The translations under genes were made by a program, and so were the position numbers. The notes below the pieces were generated by a model. That model was given only the letters and a program-made list of their open reading frames with translations. It made no database searches and had not been told where the DNA came from. 64,000 bases of DNA, from positions 57,474,001-57,538,000 of the forward strand of contig OZ260665.1 of NCBI GenBank assembly GCA_965285935.1, written 5' to 3'. Origin of the DNA: Ophelia neglecta. Taxonomy: Eukaryota. Of the stretch, positions 51,091 through 64,000 are shown one piece after another. Each line of letters opens with the position of its first letter. Within the stretch, counting starts at the first letter, position 1.

Positions 51091-54000
51091 AAAAAATTCT
51101 TAATTCATGACCAGTGTATTCTCTGTTAACTCCATGGCTAGTGTAAATTAGCAATTACCAGAAACAGTATTGACAATTTTGACAATAACAGCAACTTTTA
51201 TACAACATTGCTGGCTTGTTGAAATTTCCCTACTTACATTGTGCAGTGAGATCTGTTTATCCTTTTGATATTGTCAACACAAAAACTTCATATCCCAATT
51301 ATGAAAATATAATTCATAATATGTCTTTTTCATCACAAATTTCTTAGCGGATAATATTAATAAAAATAAGTATTAGAACATCCCAAATGTTCTGCCATAT
51401 AGCACTGTACAGTGTATGTTTAAAATAAATTACATTTAGAAAATTATTTTGTCCAGTAGAAAACCAACTCATCCTAGGAATATTTACAGTTAGTTGCCAT
51501 TTCATAATTAAAAGTATAATCATTTACTGAATGAAACGATGTTGGTAAATGTCAAATACATTTAAGCATGGAGAAAAACTAGGAACACTTGTTATAACCT
51601 ACCAAGAGGGAATTTAAGGGTGACAGAGGGGGGAGGGGAGGGGGGGGGGGTTATGTTTGGCATTGTTTTGATGCTGTTCAGCAGACTCTTTTTCTATTAT
51701 ATCTGAACATGAAAGATCTAAACAATTGTTGCTGCAAATAATAATGTCTCAGGTTGGAGATATTTTTCAGAAGCCATGTTAGTCATTGCTTATCAGTGAA
51801 GTAGTCATTAGAGGATCAGCTATCAGAGATCAATTGATGTGAGATGAATATACTATTGATTATTGGCCAAATCCAATGACATAATCATCTGCCCATCAGC
51901 AGGATCAACAGACAGTGATAGGGTCACACCTGTCAAGGTGTACTCCTTACAGCTTGATTAATGTGCTTATACTAATTTTCCATCCTTTTTACTGGTTTAA
52001 GTATTGCTATTGTTCAATGCTTAATTTATACAAGCAAAGTGGATGTGAGCTTTTTAAAGACATGTGTATAAGGCTGTATTACAATGTACACTGTTATTAA
52101 ATGTACATAACTCTTAAGATTGATTCACCCAATTAATCTTAATTTGGTCCAATTATTACCTTATTGTACTCATCTCTTATGTAATGAGGAACCCTCAGAG
52201 TTAATTTGTCATTGGGAATTCAGTCTCAATACAATCAGTACCATGATGGTAGACAATATCTATGTCATGATTGCTGGGGAGGAGAAGATGACATATGATT
52301 GGACACACTGACATCCTTGTTATTGTTGACCTGTGTTGATAGTTTGGTGTTGAAATTAAGTAGGCCCTATATGTGGCCCTTGGCTAGGGATTTCTAATCA
52401 TAGATCTAATCTTTGAAAGGGCTTTAGGTGATATTTGTTGTCAGGTATGGTCATGGGGTATTATTGGATTACAGCTAAATAGGATTTTCTCACAAAGCAT
52501 CCGCTGGGCACTAGACAACCCTGAAAGGAGATTGGATGACAAAAACAAATATGTGTGGTACTGTTAATGAATCTGTTTTAGGCAGATTTATTGCTTTCAT
52601 GCACAGGCCAAATAAAAGGCCAGAAAGGATCAGAAGATCCTTAGCACAGGAGGTGGAAATGATGTTATAAAGAATATATTAACACCCCCATGTTTTCTGA
52701 AAGCCTCAGTTCTTCCAGTTTGTTGCAGAGGACTTAGATATTGTCTTACAGCATAACATCATAAAAATCTCACCTGTCATTTTTCAGGTCCTTTTTGGTT
52801 TGTACTATTATAATAAAGTCCATTTATTCCCTGGTAACATACAGTAATTCAGTGTATATGTACCTGTATATGAAGTGCACATTTTAAAGCCTATGGATTT
52901 ACTAAGAGCCCTTTAGGCTTCAGGTTGTCCTAGGACATAGCAATATCCTATCCAGGTCGCATTCTTTGTATGTTTAGGTTCTGTAAATGATCACTTTGGC
53001 ATACACTTTAAATTAATTTGTCTGGCTTATTTAGGATGACTGACATTTGACATTTATTTGTAAAAGCATTCATTCTGAAAAATTTTGTCAAAAGGTTAGA
53101 TAATAAATCTGATACCTAAATCCGTCCAGTTTCCCCATTAAAGCTAATTCCATCCACTTGATATAAACCTGTCTCATGAAATATATGTTATTGAAATTAT
53201 CATAGTGTACATTACCAGCCATTATTTTGCTCTGCCCTTTAATTAATATGATTTTTGCCTTTCCAATTTATTTCATCATTATGTTTCATTAAGTTTATCC
53301 CTAGGAAGTTGGTATTTTTATAGGAGCGGTATACCAATCGATCCTCAAGGCCTTGCATGTTTAGTTTGATATATCAGAGGACTCCACCCAGTATAGATGA
53401 GCTCTCTGTAAAGGACATGACAGGGCTGTCAGTGGATAGACTAGATTAACTAAATATGAGTACCTGGCTAGCATGCTGTGTCTAATTATGGCTTTCATCT
53501 ACCTCAGGATTTATACTGTCAGCTCTATTGGGGAGGCATAGCATGCAAAACACACAAGATTTATGTGAAGGTCTGCAGGCCCCCTCCTTTCCAGCTCCCC
53601 CGGCCCTGTCTTCATGCCGGATCACAATCTTAACCAACTTACAAGTAATAATGTATCTAGACAACAGACATTTAGACAACAAAAATGCCAGAAAACGTTT
53701 TATACTGAATTACCTTTTTTTTTTAGAAATTCATTAGCATAAAAGAAAAGGATAACTTTAGAGGACATGCCAATTTCTGCAATAACTAAAGCATTAGCTA
53801 GACTGTGCATGCATGAATAGTTTATATATACAGCACCTTTATACGAAAAAACATTTTTAATGAGAAAGCAGATTTTTCTATTGTTGCAGGTTTCTATCAT
53901 AAACATTCCATTGTTGTTTTGTCTACAAGCTGTTTTCAAAAAAAAATATAACTTTGAATAAGGTTAATGTATGAGGTAATTTACCTTAGAATTTTTTAAA

Positions 54001-54399
54001 GAAATGGTTCCAGTTTTATGGCTTCATACACAATGAAAACATAATGAAATATATAACAGCTTGAAGCACAATAATTATTTTTATGGTGGGCATAATAATG
54101 AATTATTCAATTTGACACATTGTAATAGGATATCACCTGAAATGCTCATAACATATTTTTATGTCCTGGTTGGGTCATTGTCGGATGTACAAGAACAATC
54201 CGCATGTTTCAGAATCATTAATCTTCATCATATTTAAGTTGACATCACACATTTAGCGACCATATGTTACGTGTGCAACAATTATTTTAAGTCCTGAGGC
54301 TGTTTGTGTCCAATTCATATATCTAACCTGTTGTGTAGCCAGATAGTAAACTACATGTACATGTGTAGTTATATGACATATCATACAAGGCCTGTGCCG

Positions 54400-54640
54400 G
54401 CCACACACCTTTTGGACCATATCCAATCCTTTACTATGAAACTTCAATGAAATTTCGTAGTTAAATGTTTTAATGATCTGGCAACTTTCAGTTTGGAGTT
54501 TGGCCCAATTTTCAATTTATTGCCGAAAATATAAAAGGATGGTTTGTGTGGCATGCCAAAATGGCTGACTTCTTCACCTGGGAGCCTTATTTCACACCTA
54601 AGGTCATCAGAAAGGTGCGAAATAAACATGTTTGAACTCC
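54400..54640 (-). mobile_element. Possible CR1 LINE RT remnant
   Basis: FISHLSDDLRCEIRL (cf. FINDL....IRLFADD) and GLDMVQK (cf. DLDxxxxW). Confidence 0.3.
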
Positions 54641-57600
54641 TATTATGTTTTTTCTTGAAGGAGTAACTATACAATGTGAAATGTAAGGAATTATTTATAC
54701 TTTGTTCTATGGTATGAAGATAATCATCTGGAATAAGATAGACATCTCTTAACTCAGCAATTATTTATATCATCAAAGGCAATATCTTCTGATGGCAGCA
54801 TCATTTATCATTATAATAAAGTCACTGATCATTTACTGGAGAGTATAAACCTATCAAAGATACTTTATAAATTGCTTTATTTATAAAGTATTGTCATTAT
54901 CAGAGTATCAGGCACAAATTTGGCACACAATTCATCAAAATGATAGTTATCATTCATAAGATATCGAAAAAAAGAGCAACATTTTGTTGTTATCAATGCC
55001 ACATCTCCGTGATTTATGAGTCTATCTGAGGTGTTGAGTAGTAATGGTTTGAATTACAAGGTGCATTATGGGAAATTATCATCCAGTGTTTTATCATTAA
55101 GGAAACTATTATCTGTGGCCTTCATTGGCAATATGAACAATAGCATATCTAGATAGTGATCAGACAGGAGTGATTTAATAGATCAAGGAGAAAACACTTA
55201 AAAATGATAATGGATGTGTTATCTAATATTTACCAGTCATAAATTATTTTCCAAGGCCTGTGTCAGTTAACTGGAAATTCTCAAGTCATGTGATTCACAG
55301 AAATGACTTAAAAGGAGAAACAGAAATTAAATAGTTAAAATTGAGTTGAAAGATAAAACTAGAATGTATGTAATGACTCTATGTCTGACTGCAATAAAGA
55401 ATAGACGTCTTTTTTATTGGCCTTTTGTGGTTTTTAATTTAAGGCTGCTGATTGAGCAGTATATCACTTCCAAGTAAAATTTATATAAAACAGATTAAAC
55501 AGGTCATGTATAAAATACTGAATGTATAGTTATTATTATTATTAGGACTGGGTAACAAATAAAGTGCTTTTGGATGCTCACTGACTTAAAAATATTATTT
55601 TCAACTATAATGATCTTTTTCTGGTTATATTAACTTTAGAACCAATATCTATTTGAATTTTAATTTGATAGTATAAAGAATAATTTTTTATGCAACTAGA
55701 GACTTGCGTGTAAAGGCGTGTTTTGTAGAAAACTGGGAAGAATTGAATTGCCATTGGGTTTCGGGTTGACAGCTGTAGGGTACATATTATATCTTCTCAC
55801 ACAGCTGATCCTTCCTTCCAAACATTTGAATGTGATAAAGTCTGAGCAGCAGAGATTAGAATGTTAATTTGAATTTTTATTAAACTTGGGAGATGTTTAC
55901 TCAGTTTGAGGTGTGCATGACACAGAATGAGTTAGTACTTCATTAAAATTTTAATAAGATCCAAGTATAAGCATTATTGCTTATCAGAGATCATTTTGCA
56001 ATATTTCTTTTTGATATCATCAGTAAACAATCTAAAATGTTTAAAAGATAAGAAGTTATTAGGTCTTACATTGCAGCTGTTCCCCTGAGATTTTTTTTCT
56101 TTTGAAAACTTGTTGTTTTGTCTGCAAGTTGAGCAGAACCTGCCTTTGTTTTAAACAAAGTGCATTATTTATTCTCCAATTAATAATTTATGGTCTTACT
56201 TTCTGCTGCATGGAGTAAAAAGGCCACATGGTTTATATCCTGACAAAAGGGACTCCTCATTAATATTGATAATGATTGATGACAGCTTGTTGTGTTGTTT
56301 TTGCCGGTGCCTGGGTGTATTATCACTCCACAATGATCATAAAAGGCAAACTTAAATATTATATCATATATATTAAGTCATTCCTGTCCACAGTAATTTA
56401 TGCAGCATACAATGTTATTTTACTTGAATCATACTCAGCATGCTTAGTGCTACCTTCCCATTGTATATACTTGAACATGGTCAGTCTTGGATCAGCCACT
56501 GGCTTTTCATTAAAAATGATAATATAAATTTGACCTAACAGTCAGTGAATGGTCTTCCTGTGAACTTGTATGAACTACCTTAGCTAAGATGAGCTAGCAC
56601 TGTGCATGGTATTCTATCTGGGGAAGTTCTACTCCCTGGGCTTACATCTTAATCCCTGGGCAAATAAAGCCATATTGATGGCAGAAAGGTGAGGGTGGGG
56701 GAGTTGGGGGAACTCCTTACATGTAAGCTAGGCTGGTCTGCTCTGCCTTTGTTCTGAACAAGAATAAAGGTGGTTTGAAATGCACATCATCAGTCTTATT
56801 GTAGATCATCTGAAAGAAAGAAAAGTCATGAAGAAAATGACCCAGTGGGGTATGGCACCTTTGCATTGTCGTTGTGTACCCCTGACCCATGGATGTTGAA
56901 AATGAAGTATTTCAGTAGAATATAGGTCTTCTCAAAACTGTGCTTCTGTAAGTAATGGGATATTCAATAATTTATTTTAATTTTATAATATCACAGGTTT
57001 ATTATTATGTCCTCAGAACTTTTATTATGCAACTAATAATTATCTAGATTGTGTCATGAATCATAACAATATAAGTTTAGGCTTCCAATGCTCACCTATT
57101 GGATTGGTTTTATTTAATATGAGAAAAATTGTGGCATTGCTAGAGTTGGACCAGGTTACTACGTTACTATCAAAGTCAAGCCATTTATTCCTCCTACTCT
57201 AACTGGTGACCCTTCCGTCCTCAATCTGTCATAAAGTTTACATAGATATCAGGACCTAATTCCCAACACAAACAATGTGTATTTGAGTGCTCAGTAATCC
57301 ATCTTATCTCTGACAAAGACAAGCAGAGATGATTGATCTGTGATCAGGTGTTGGCTGACTGTCATGAGCTGTCAATGGCTTGGAGTGGATTCTACAATTG
57401 TCATATCCAATGCTATGTTTGCCTTCACATTCTACCCTAAAATAGAAATAAAAAGGATTGCTATGTCTGCTATGTGCATTAATAGCAAAGGATCTCCTCC
57501 TGTTTCAAATAATCCATCACAATTTTATTCTGAGTTATATAATGGTCAATAACCATTTAATTTTCTTATTCAAACACTTTGTTTATTATTATGCATCATC

Positions 57601-57907
57601 ATAAATACATATTGAGCCAGGAAAACTTCAGAATTATAAACATTGCATTTTATTTATGTCTAGTACATTGAGATGAAATAGTGTACTTTTTTCATCATTT
57701 GGCATATATAATAGTAATTACAAATTTATCACCTCACCAATTTATCACTTTACCAATTCATCAGTCCGTCAAACTCATAGGTCAGAATACAACTGTTAAT
57801 TTAGTATATATATATATGTATTTTTTTTTTAGAAGATGGGATGATATTCTATGGTAATCTTGGGCTGTTTTGTAGAGTGATAATAACATAAAATGGAAGG
57901 TTAACAT

Positions 57908-58930
57908 TTCTTAGCTCAGCTTGCAAAGCAATGAAGAGCACATCATATCATGTAGGCATCCGTTGGATGTTCTCTAATAACCATCACATGCAAAATTATC
58001 TTACTCCTGTTCCTGCATAATTTGTCTTCCTCTCTCAGATTAATACAAAAAAATTTTGAGGTGACCTATTTATTTTGTTGTAAACAGACCATTGGTGCAG
58101 AAATTTTCCAATCCAAAGTTCCAATCCCATCTATTTTACCTGCATAATGATCCTAGCACTTCCCTCTACCTGGTTCATTTAAGCTTAATAATTTAGCCTA
58201 AATTGAAAAATGACTGCATATTCAAATTTTTGAGCATCTAAAGATGGTAAAACCACATTTTCTACTAGTGATCTAATAGTGAATATAGACAGAAATAGAC
58301 GACTTAAACAGTTGTTGTCCTAGCATGAGACCACTAACTTGAGGCTTGGGCTACTTTATTTTTAAAAAAAGTAGCACTATTTCCATCTGCAGGCCTTGAC
58401 CTGAGCCACTAGAAATTTGGGAGTGTCCCCCACTGTAAAGTCTATGGACCACTTTTAGTGATAGGTCATATACATGGAATGTACGGTTGTCCCTGAACTT
58501 GAACTTCACATCTTTCAGGATCATAAAAAAACTGATTTGCAATGTTTCTGATGGCATTATGGAGCCAGATAGACATGTCAGGTTTATTGCAAACTAATGA
58601 TATTAGTCATCTGCATCAAATCCTCTGGTGAACATGAATTTGTCTTTGACCTATTTTAGGTAACTAAATGTCTAATGCTTTTTTGATGGCTTTGTGTTAA
58701 ACATAAATAGTTATCACTATATGCAAGAAACCAACTGGTGACCTTAAACTTGACCTTGATCTAGTTTTAAAAGTCATATTAAGAAAACTGGTTTTTACAT
58801 AGCCTCCTTGTGGTGGTATGAAGCTAGATGAACAAGTGAATTGTAATGACAACAGATAGGGACATGTACAAGGACCCTACTGGTTACTTCTTATTTGACC
58901 TTGTCCTCTTTTTCAAGGTAAAATCAAGAA
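57908..58930. repeat. Decayed interspersed repeat carrying tgaccttga motifs (HINE/MITE-like)
   Basis: Starts with ttagctcagc. Contains gaccttaaacttgaccttgatc (~58740) and tgaccttgtcctctttttcaagg (~58897). Similar motifs occur at ~32411, ~35059 and ~41147. Boundaries uncertain. Confidence 0.35.
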
Positions 58931-61900
58931 AATTGTATCTTGACACTGCACAGTAGTCATGTCAAGGGTATTGATCACTAAGTTTTAATCTAATTGGAAA
59001 TCATCTAGAAATATAATAGACAGCTGAGTTTAATGTGCATGGACATATTTGATACACATTGCAGGGATCTCTCTTTAAAGTGTATAAAGCCATGTATTAA
59101 ATAACGAAATTCAATTCCATTCCCTCCTGGTGACTTCACACATCTAAAAACTTTATATGACAATGACCTAATATGAGCCTCTTGTATTTATTTTATGTGA
59201 TAGTAAAATTTGGAAATGTCTGCAATTGAAGTGGGTTGGGCATTATAACTTTTTGTAATAGTTAATTAGCAATTGATCAATTACCGCTGGGAATTAATTA
59301 TCAGGCTATCAAGTTGTCAACATGGTGTTTACTTACTTGCTCAATATCCTGCCAAGTTATATTTTCACTTCCTAGACTATAATGTTCTGTTTGTAATTTG
59401 TTCTATGATTGATGTGTTCATTTTGGACTGTTTTTTTCTGGTCTACAATGTTGTATATATTACATTGTTCTATCAAAAGTATGTGCATGGCAGCCATCTG
59501 ATGATATTTAGGGCATTTTGAACCCCATAGAAAGTTCTACTATTACAATACATGGAGATGGCAGAGAGAATTATGTCAAAGTCCCTCTCCTCTTGTCCAA
59601 GGTCATTCTGACTACATCTATTGATTATGAGCATCATGCACATTATTGTCTGTTGACAGAAAGTGTATTTCAATATGACTTTACATTGTTGTCAAATCCT
59701 GAATCCTGAAATTTATACATGAACCCAATATATATGAAAGATGGAATAAAACATATCTTCCCTTTCTTATAAATAAGTTTTATCCTATGTTGATACTAGT
59801 AATATTTACTGTCCCCACAGTATATTTAACAGTGAATAATATCTGAGTTATATATCCTTGAGTAAGTAAGGTTGCAGTGTGTATTTTACTGACAGATGGC
59901 AGCACTGAAGCCTGGTCTTCTCCACTGGAATTAATTCACCAAGGCACAGGTTCATATGGTATTGTATTTTAGAATCTTAATGAAATTCCTATTTGAATCT
60001 TTCTGATACCCACATAGAAGTCCTAGTGAAATATGTAACCCTGATCTGTAGACATGGTAGAGTTGGGAAACAACAACAGTTTTTTAGACAACTTTCCATG
60101 TCCTTTTCAAGAACTCCTGAAAGCTTTAATGTACATTCCACTTAAATGATCAAAGTTTATCAGATTGAGAATTATTTCAGTGTGACTTTCACAACTTAGG
60201 ACCCTGGAGGTCTTAAACATATCAGTTTAAAGTATTGCCATTCCAACCTTTGACCACTGACATGCCCTAAACCTAAACCCTGTCTGTTAAGTCATGGTTG
60301 ACTTGAAGATCACTAATCCATCATTATCTGTCTTTAAGGTCCAGAGGTTGGGTAGGGTTAATATGAAACTTTTAAGTCTTCATGGGTCAAGTCATAGAAA
60401 TTAGCAGTCATGATTATAGTATTTCATATTAACAAGTTTAAACGTCCAAAAACAAGAAGATTATGTATATAACTTTTTATACATGTACATGCACCTCATT
60501 GATTTTGTGAGAGACTGCCTACATATATATGTTTATAAGAATTCAGAACAGCTATCCTGTGTAGAAGTCTTCCTTGATAAGCTGTAAAACTCGTTATTGA
60601 GGCATGGCAGATTCTGCCTGTCTCTTGGGATATTTCATTTCATTTCCCAACAGTTTGTTTGAAATTTACCAACGTTGCCCTTGGGGCAAAGTAATGTAAT
60701 ATATAAAGCCTCTAGGCCAGAAAAAATGACCACATGCCATGGCACATTTTGTTTAATCCTTAGGTTTTTGTGCAGTTAAATTGTTCCATTGGGTATTTTA
60801 AGTGCTATGCTGCAGGGCATGGCCCACTGTTGGTCATCTGGACACATGCTATGGATTAAACTGTTGGCTGCAGGGAGGGTGGCAGGGGGGGATAACCATG
60901 GTCATTGCCCTGGGGCAGACACCCTCGGTTGGCCCTGCCCCCTCTCAAGGGATGGTGACATGTGCCGGGCACACCTCATCCAGGAGTGTCATCACTGGAG
61001 CTAATTAACTTGGTGCTCTATGTCTTGAGTTTTGAAGTCAACAGTAAACACAATCCAGTGATCAGTACACAACAGACATGTGAACTGTTGTCACTAATTA
61101 GTTAATTAGTAAACTAGGGACTGGTATTTGTTTAGTTAAATGCCTTCTGATAATGGGATCCTGAATACCACAGATTTGGGTTACTATGGGCCACAATTAT
61201 CTGGTTATTTGTTTGAGTTCCATGGCCTGATTTGTTGATAGTTCTTGAAGGAAAGAAATAGCAAACTTGAGCAGATGATCAATATCTGTACTGGTTCTTT
61301 TCATATAGCTCATCAAGTTTTTATTAGTTTCTTTTCATATAGCCCATCCATTGGGTCAGCTTAAGATGCCCACAATTCAAATCATAGTTACATATTTGTT
61401 GAACATAAATCATACACGCAAAAAGGCTACATTTGTTTTTTTCAAGGTGATTGTGGACCACTTAATATTTTTCATCCATATTGTTTGAAAAGAAAAGAAA
61501 CTGTGCATGAACAAAGTATAAGTATGTATAAGGTACACACACCTTCATGTAAATATGTGAATCCTTACTTCAGGAACCTGTAGTTTAGTCATCACACATA
61601 TTTTCAGCATGTTGACAAATATTCTCCAATCTTGAGTCAGAGGTCTCATGCATTTGGAGATGAAATATTGATGAAATGTATAACAACATGGTTTTATCTG
61701 GTCATAACCCTGCTGCCAGTATGAATCATGAATGAATGTTATGAAGGATAGCAGCAGTGTCCACCTCTTAGACAGGTGACTCCCATAGTGAGGCTGTGCT
61801 CTGGCCAGTCAGGTACAGAGGCTGCAATGACACTGGCATGTTTCTGGAATTTACAATGCCAGCTTGTCAATTGTTAGTCACTTTATATTCTATGCAATGG

Positions 61901-64000
61901 CCATCACCTGATGGAAACCAGACACTTTTTATTCTAGCTTTTACTCAAGGGCCGACTAAGAGTGATGCAGGTATATTAAAGGGAATTAGCCATAAATGTT
62001 CCTTTGTTGTAAGCTCACCGACAAATAAAGTCCATTAGCCCAGCACATTCATCCAATTTATTGGTCCTACAGTGAATAGTTGTTATACATGATGATGTCT
62101 AATGGTTAGTTGCATGTCTGATCTGGTCACTTCTTACAGGTACCTTGTCAGTGTATGAAATACCTTAATCTTAATCCCACCCAGATCCCCTGTGTATATG
62201 TGCCCCTGTTCATGTAAACATGTCCTGGGACATTACCATGTACATACATTGAGGAACAAACATGTACACCTGATAGTCAAAGTAAACATTTGAAAGGAAT
62301 GACAATATAATTCTGTTTCTTGTTATTCTGATCTATAACGGTACTTTTCTTCTCTTGAATGTGAGTTGGAGGGGAAGAGGGGGCGAGAGTTAATAGATCT
62401 ACATTTTCCTTTAAATTTGTCTCGACCCAAGTGGCATCATGGTGGACATAGAGTTATTTAACTTTCCATGGCTCTCAACCTAACCTCCTAGACCCAAAAA
62501 CTAACCTTCATATCGTAAAAATTACCCATTATACCCTAAAACTAACCCCTTATATACCCTTTCCCTCCACCAAAATAAAAGACTCCACCATGGCAATCAT
62601 ATTCTCCAGACGCCACCCTCACCACAGCCACCTTGACAGCCACCACATTTGCCATAGAAGCTAATCAGAAATAGTCCCCCAAGAAACTAACTATTAAAAG
62701 TAAACTTGTCTTAATATCTAAAATATTTACTGTAATATTTCAAATTCTTTTATAGTACCTTATATATTTCATCAGTTTATTGGTGGAAGATCAGTTTTCT
62801 TTTGTATTGGGTAATTTATTTCAGATAAATTCATAAACAACATTTGCCTTTCACATTAACACCGCAGTGTTCCTGCAGTAAAACAGGTATATCACACCAA
62901 GGTGTAAGTATTTATTTACCTTCTACCAATAATAATGGTGTTATTAATGCACCTTTACATCAGTAGCAGATTAAGAGATGTGATTGATGGTCATCTAAGA
63001 ACCTACATGGTGCAATTAAGATGAGATCTGTCATCACCGTTTATCGCCTTACTGATATACCCAGTCTGCTGAAGTTAACCCCTCTAGCTGAAAGCCTGCC
63101 TGGCCCTATTCTGACCACACCATGCAATGGTAGCCTTATCTGTAGACAATTTTAGGAGATGAAAACCAATATTTTGGTGATCATTACTAGAGGGGTGGTG
63201 CTCTAGTGTACCTTATCATATCACTGTAGGATAGTCTAACTGAGTGTGAGCAGCCTGTCGCCACCTCTAACCACACTGATGACATAGTTGGTCAGCTGCT
63301 GCCGCCTGTGGTCTGTCCCATGGCTTAACCTCTTCTCTTGTTCCCTTTGTGCTACTTTTGAGAAAGATGCATTGGACCTCATTTGGCACAAGCTTACAAG
63401 TGATGGTTTTAAGTCTAGCAGTTAAAACCACCATTTTTAGAAACAATTATTGTACAGCATTTAACATATATAGTGTCTTTTTTCGCCACAGAGTTTAAAA
63501 CAATTGCACAAGAATTCATGTACCCCTAGAAAATGTTGGTTTTCCATACCGGGTCTCTATTATAATGAAAGAAAGCTGTGTTCATAACCATGGGTGTCCA
63601 CTCTTTTAAACTATCATGATGGTAGGAGGCTATGACACCGGCCCCTGCTCAAGAATCAAAGTGTATTATATACATGTAGTCAGGAAATGGTAAGTTACTC
63701 CAAATTAAATACAGAAGGAATGAAAAATTCAAGTGTTCAAGATGTGTGAGGACTTGAAACTGGAAGGGCAGGTCTGCAGCCGTGGTAGTTTAATGCAGTG
63801 TGTATTAGGATGAGGACATTGATAAATGAGGGCCTCTTGGCTATGTACCACCCAGATCTGCTTGTTTACTAGGTAACCTAGTGAGAAATAATGGGTTCTA
63901 GGGGACAGTTCCCATTAAATAGACAATTTATCTATCCCAATGTTCACTAATTGCCTTGATTTGAGATATTTATGTTAACATCTACATGATCCAGAGCTTA

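Overview
This window is AT-rich, strongly CpG-depleted animal (probably invertebrate) nuclear DNA, not prokaryotic DNA. I see no intact protein-coding gene, rRNA, tRNA, CRISPR array or operon, and no novel multi-gene system. The ORF track is chance ORFs, repeat-derived ORFs or decayed retroelement fragments. Well supported: three minisatellite arrays (32 bp at 8.8-9.4 kb; 29 bp at 14.6-16.2 kb with a 9-monomer higher-order duplication and an adjoining 41-42 bp relative; 29/30 bp at 41.2-41.7 kb); a 1258-bp Tc1/mariner (Tc2/pogo-like) non-autonomous element with TIRs and TA TSDs; two 178-bp MITEs of matching architecture; a ~200-bp direct duplication. Less certain, from manual translation: many decayed retroelement remnants (CR1/L2, RTE, Gypsy, possibly DIRS/Ngaro). 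Most lie on the minus strand, and the best splice-site-flanked micro-exon candidates lie on the plus strand. Together with the CpG depletion, this suggests (inference) one or more very large introns of a plus-strand gene.
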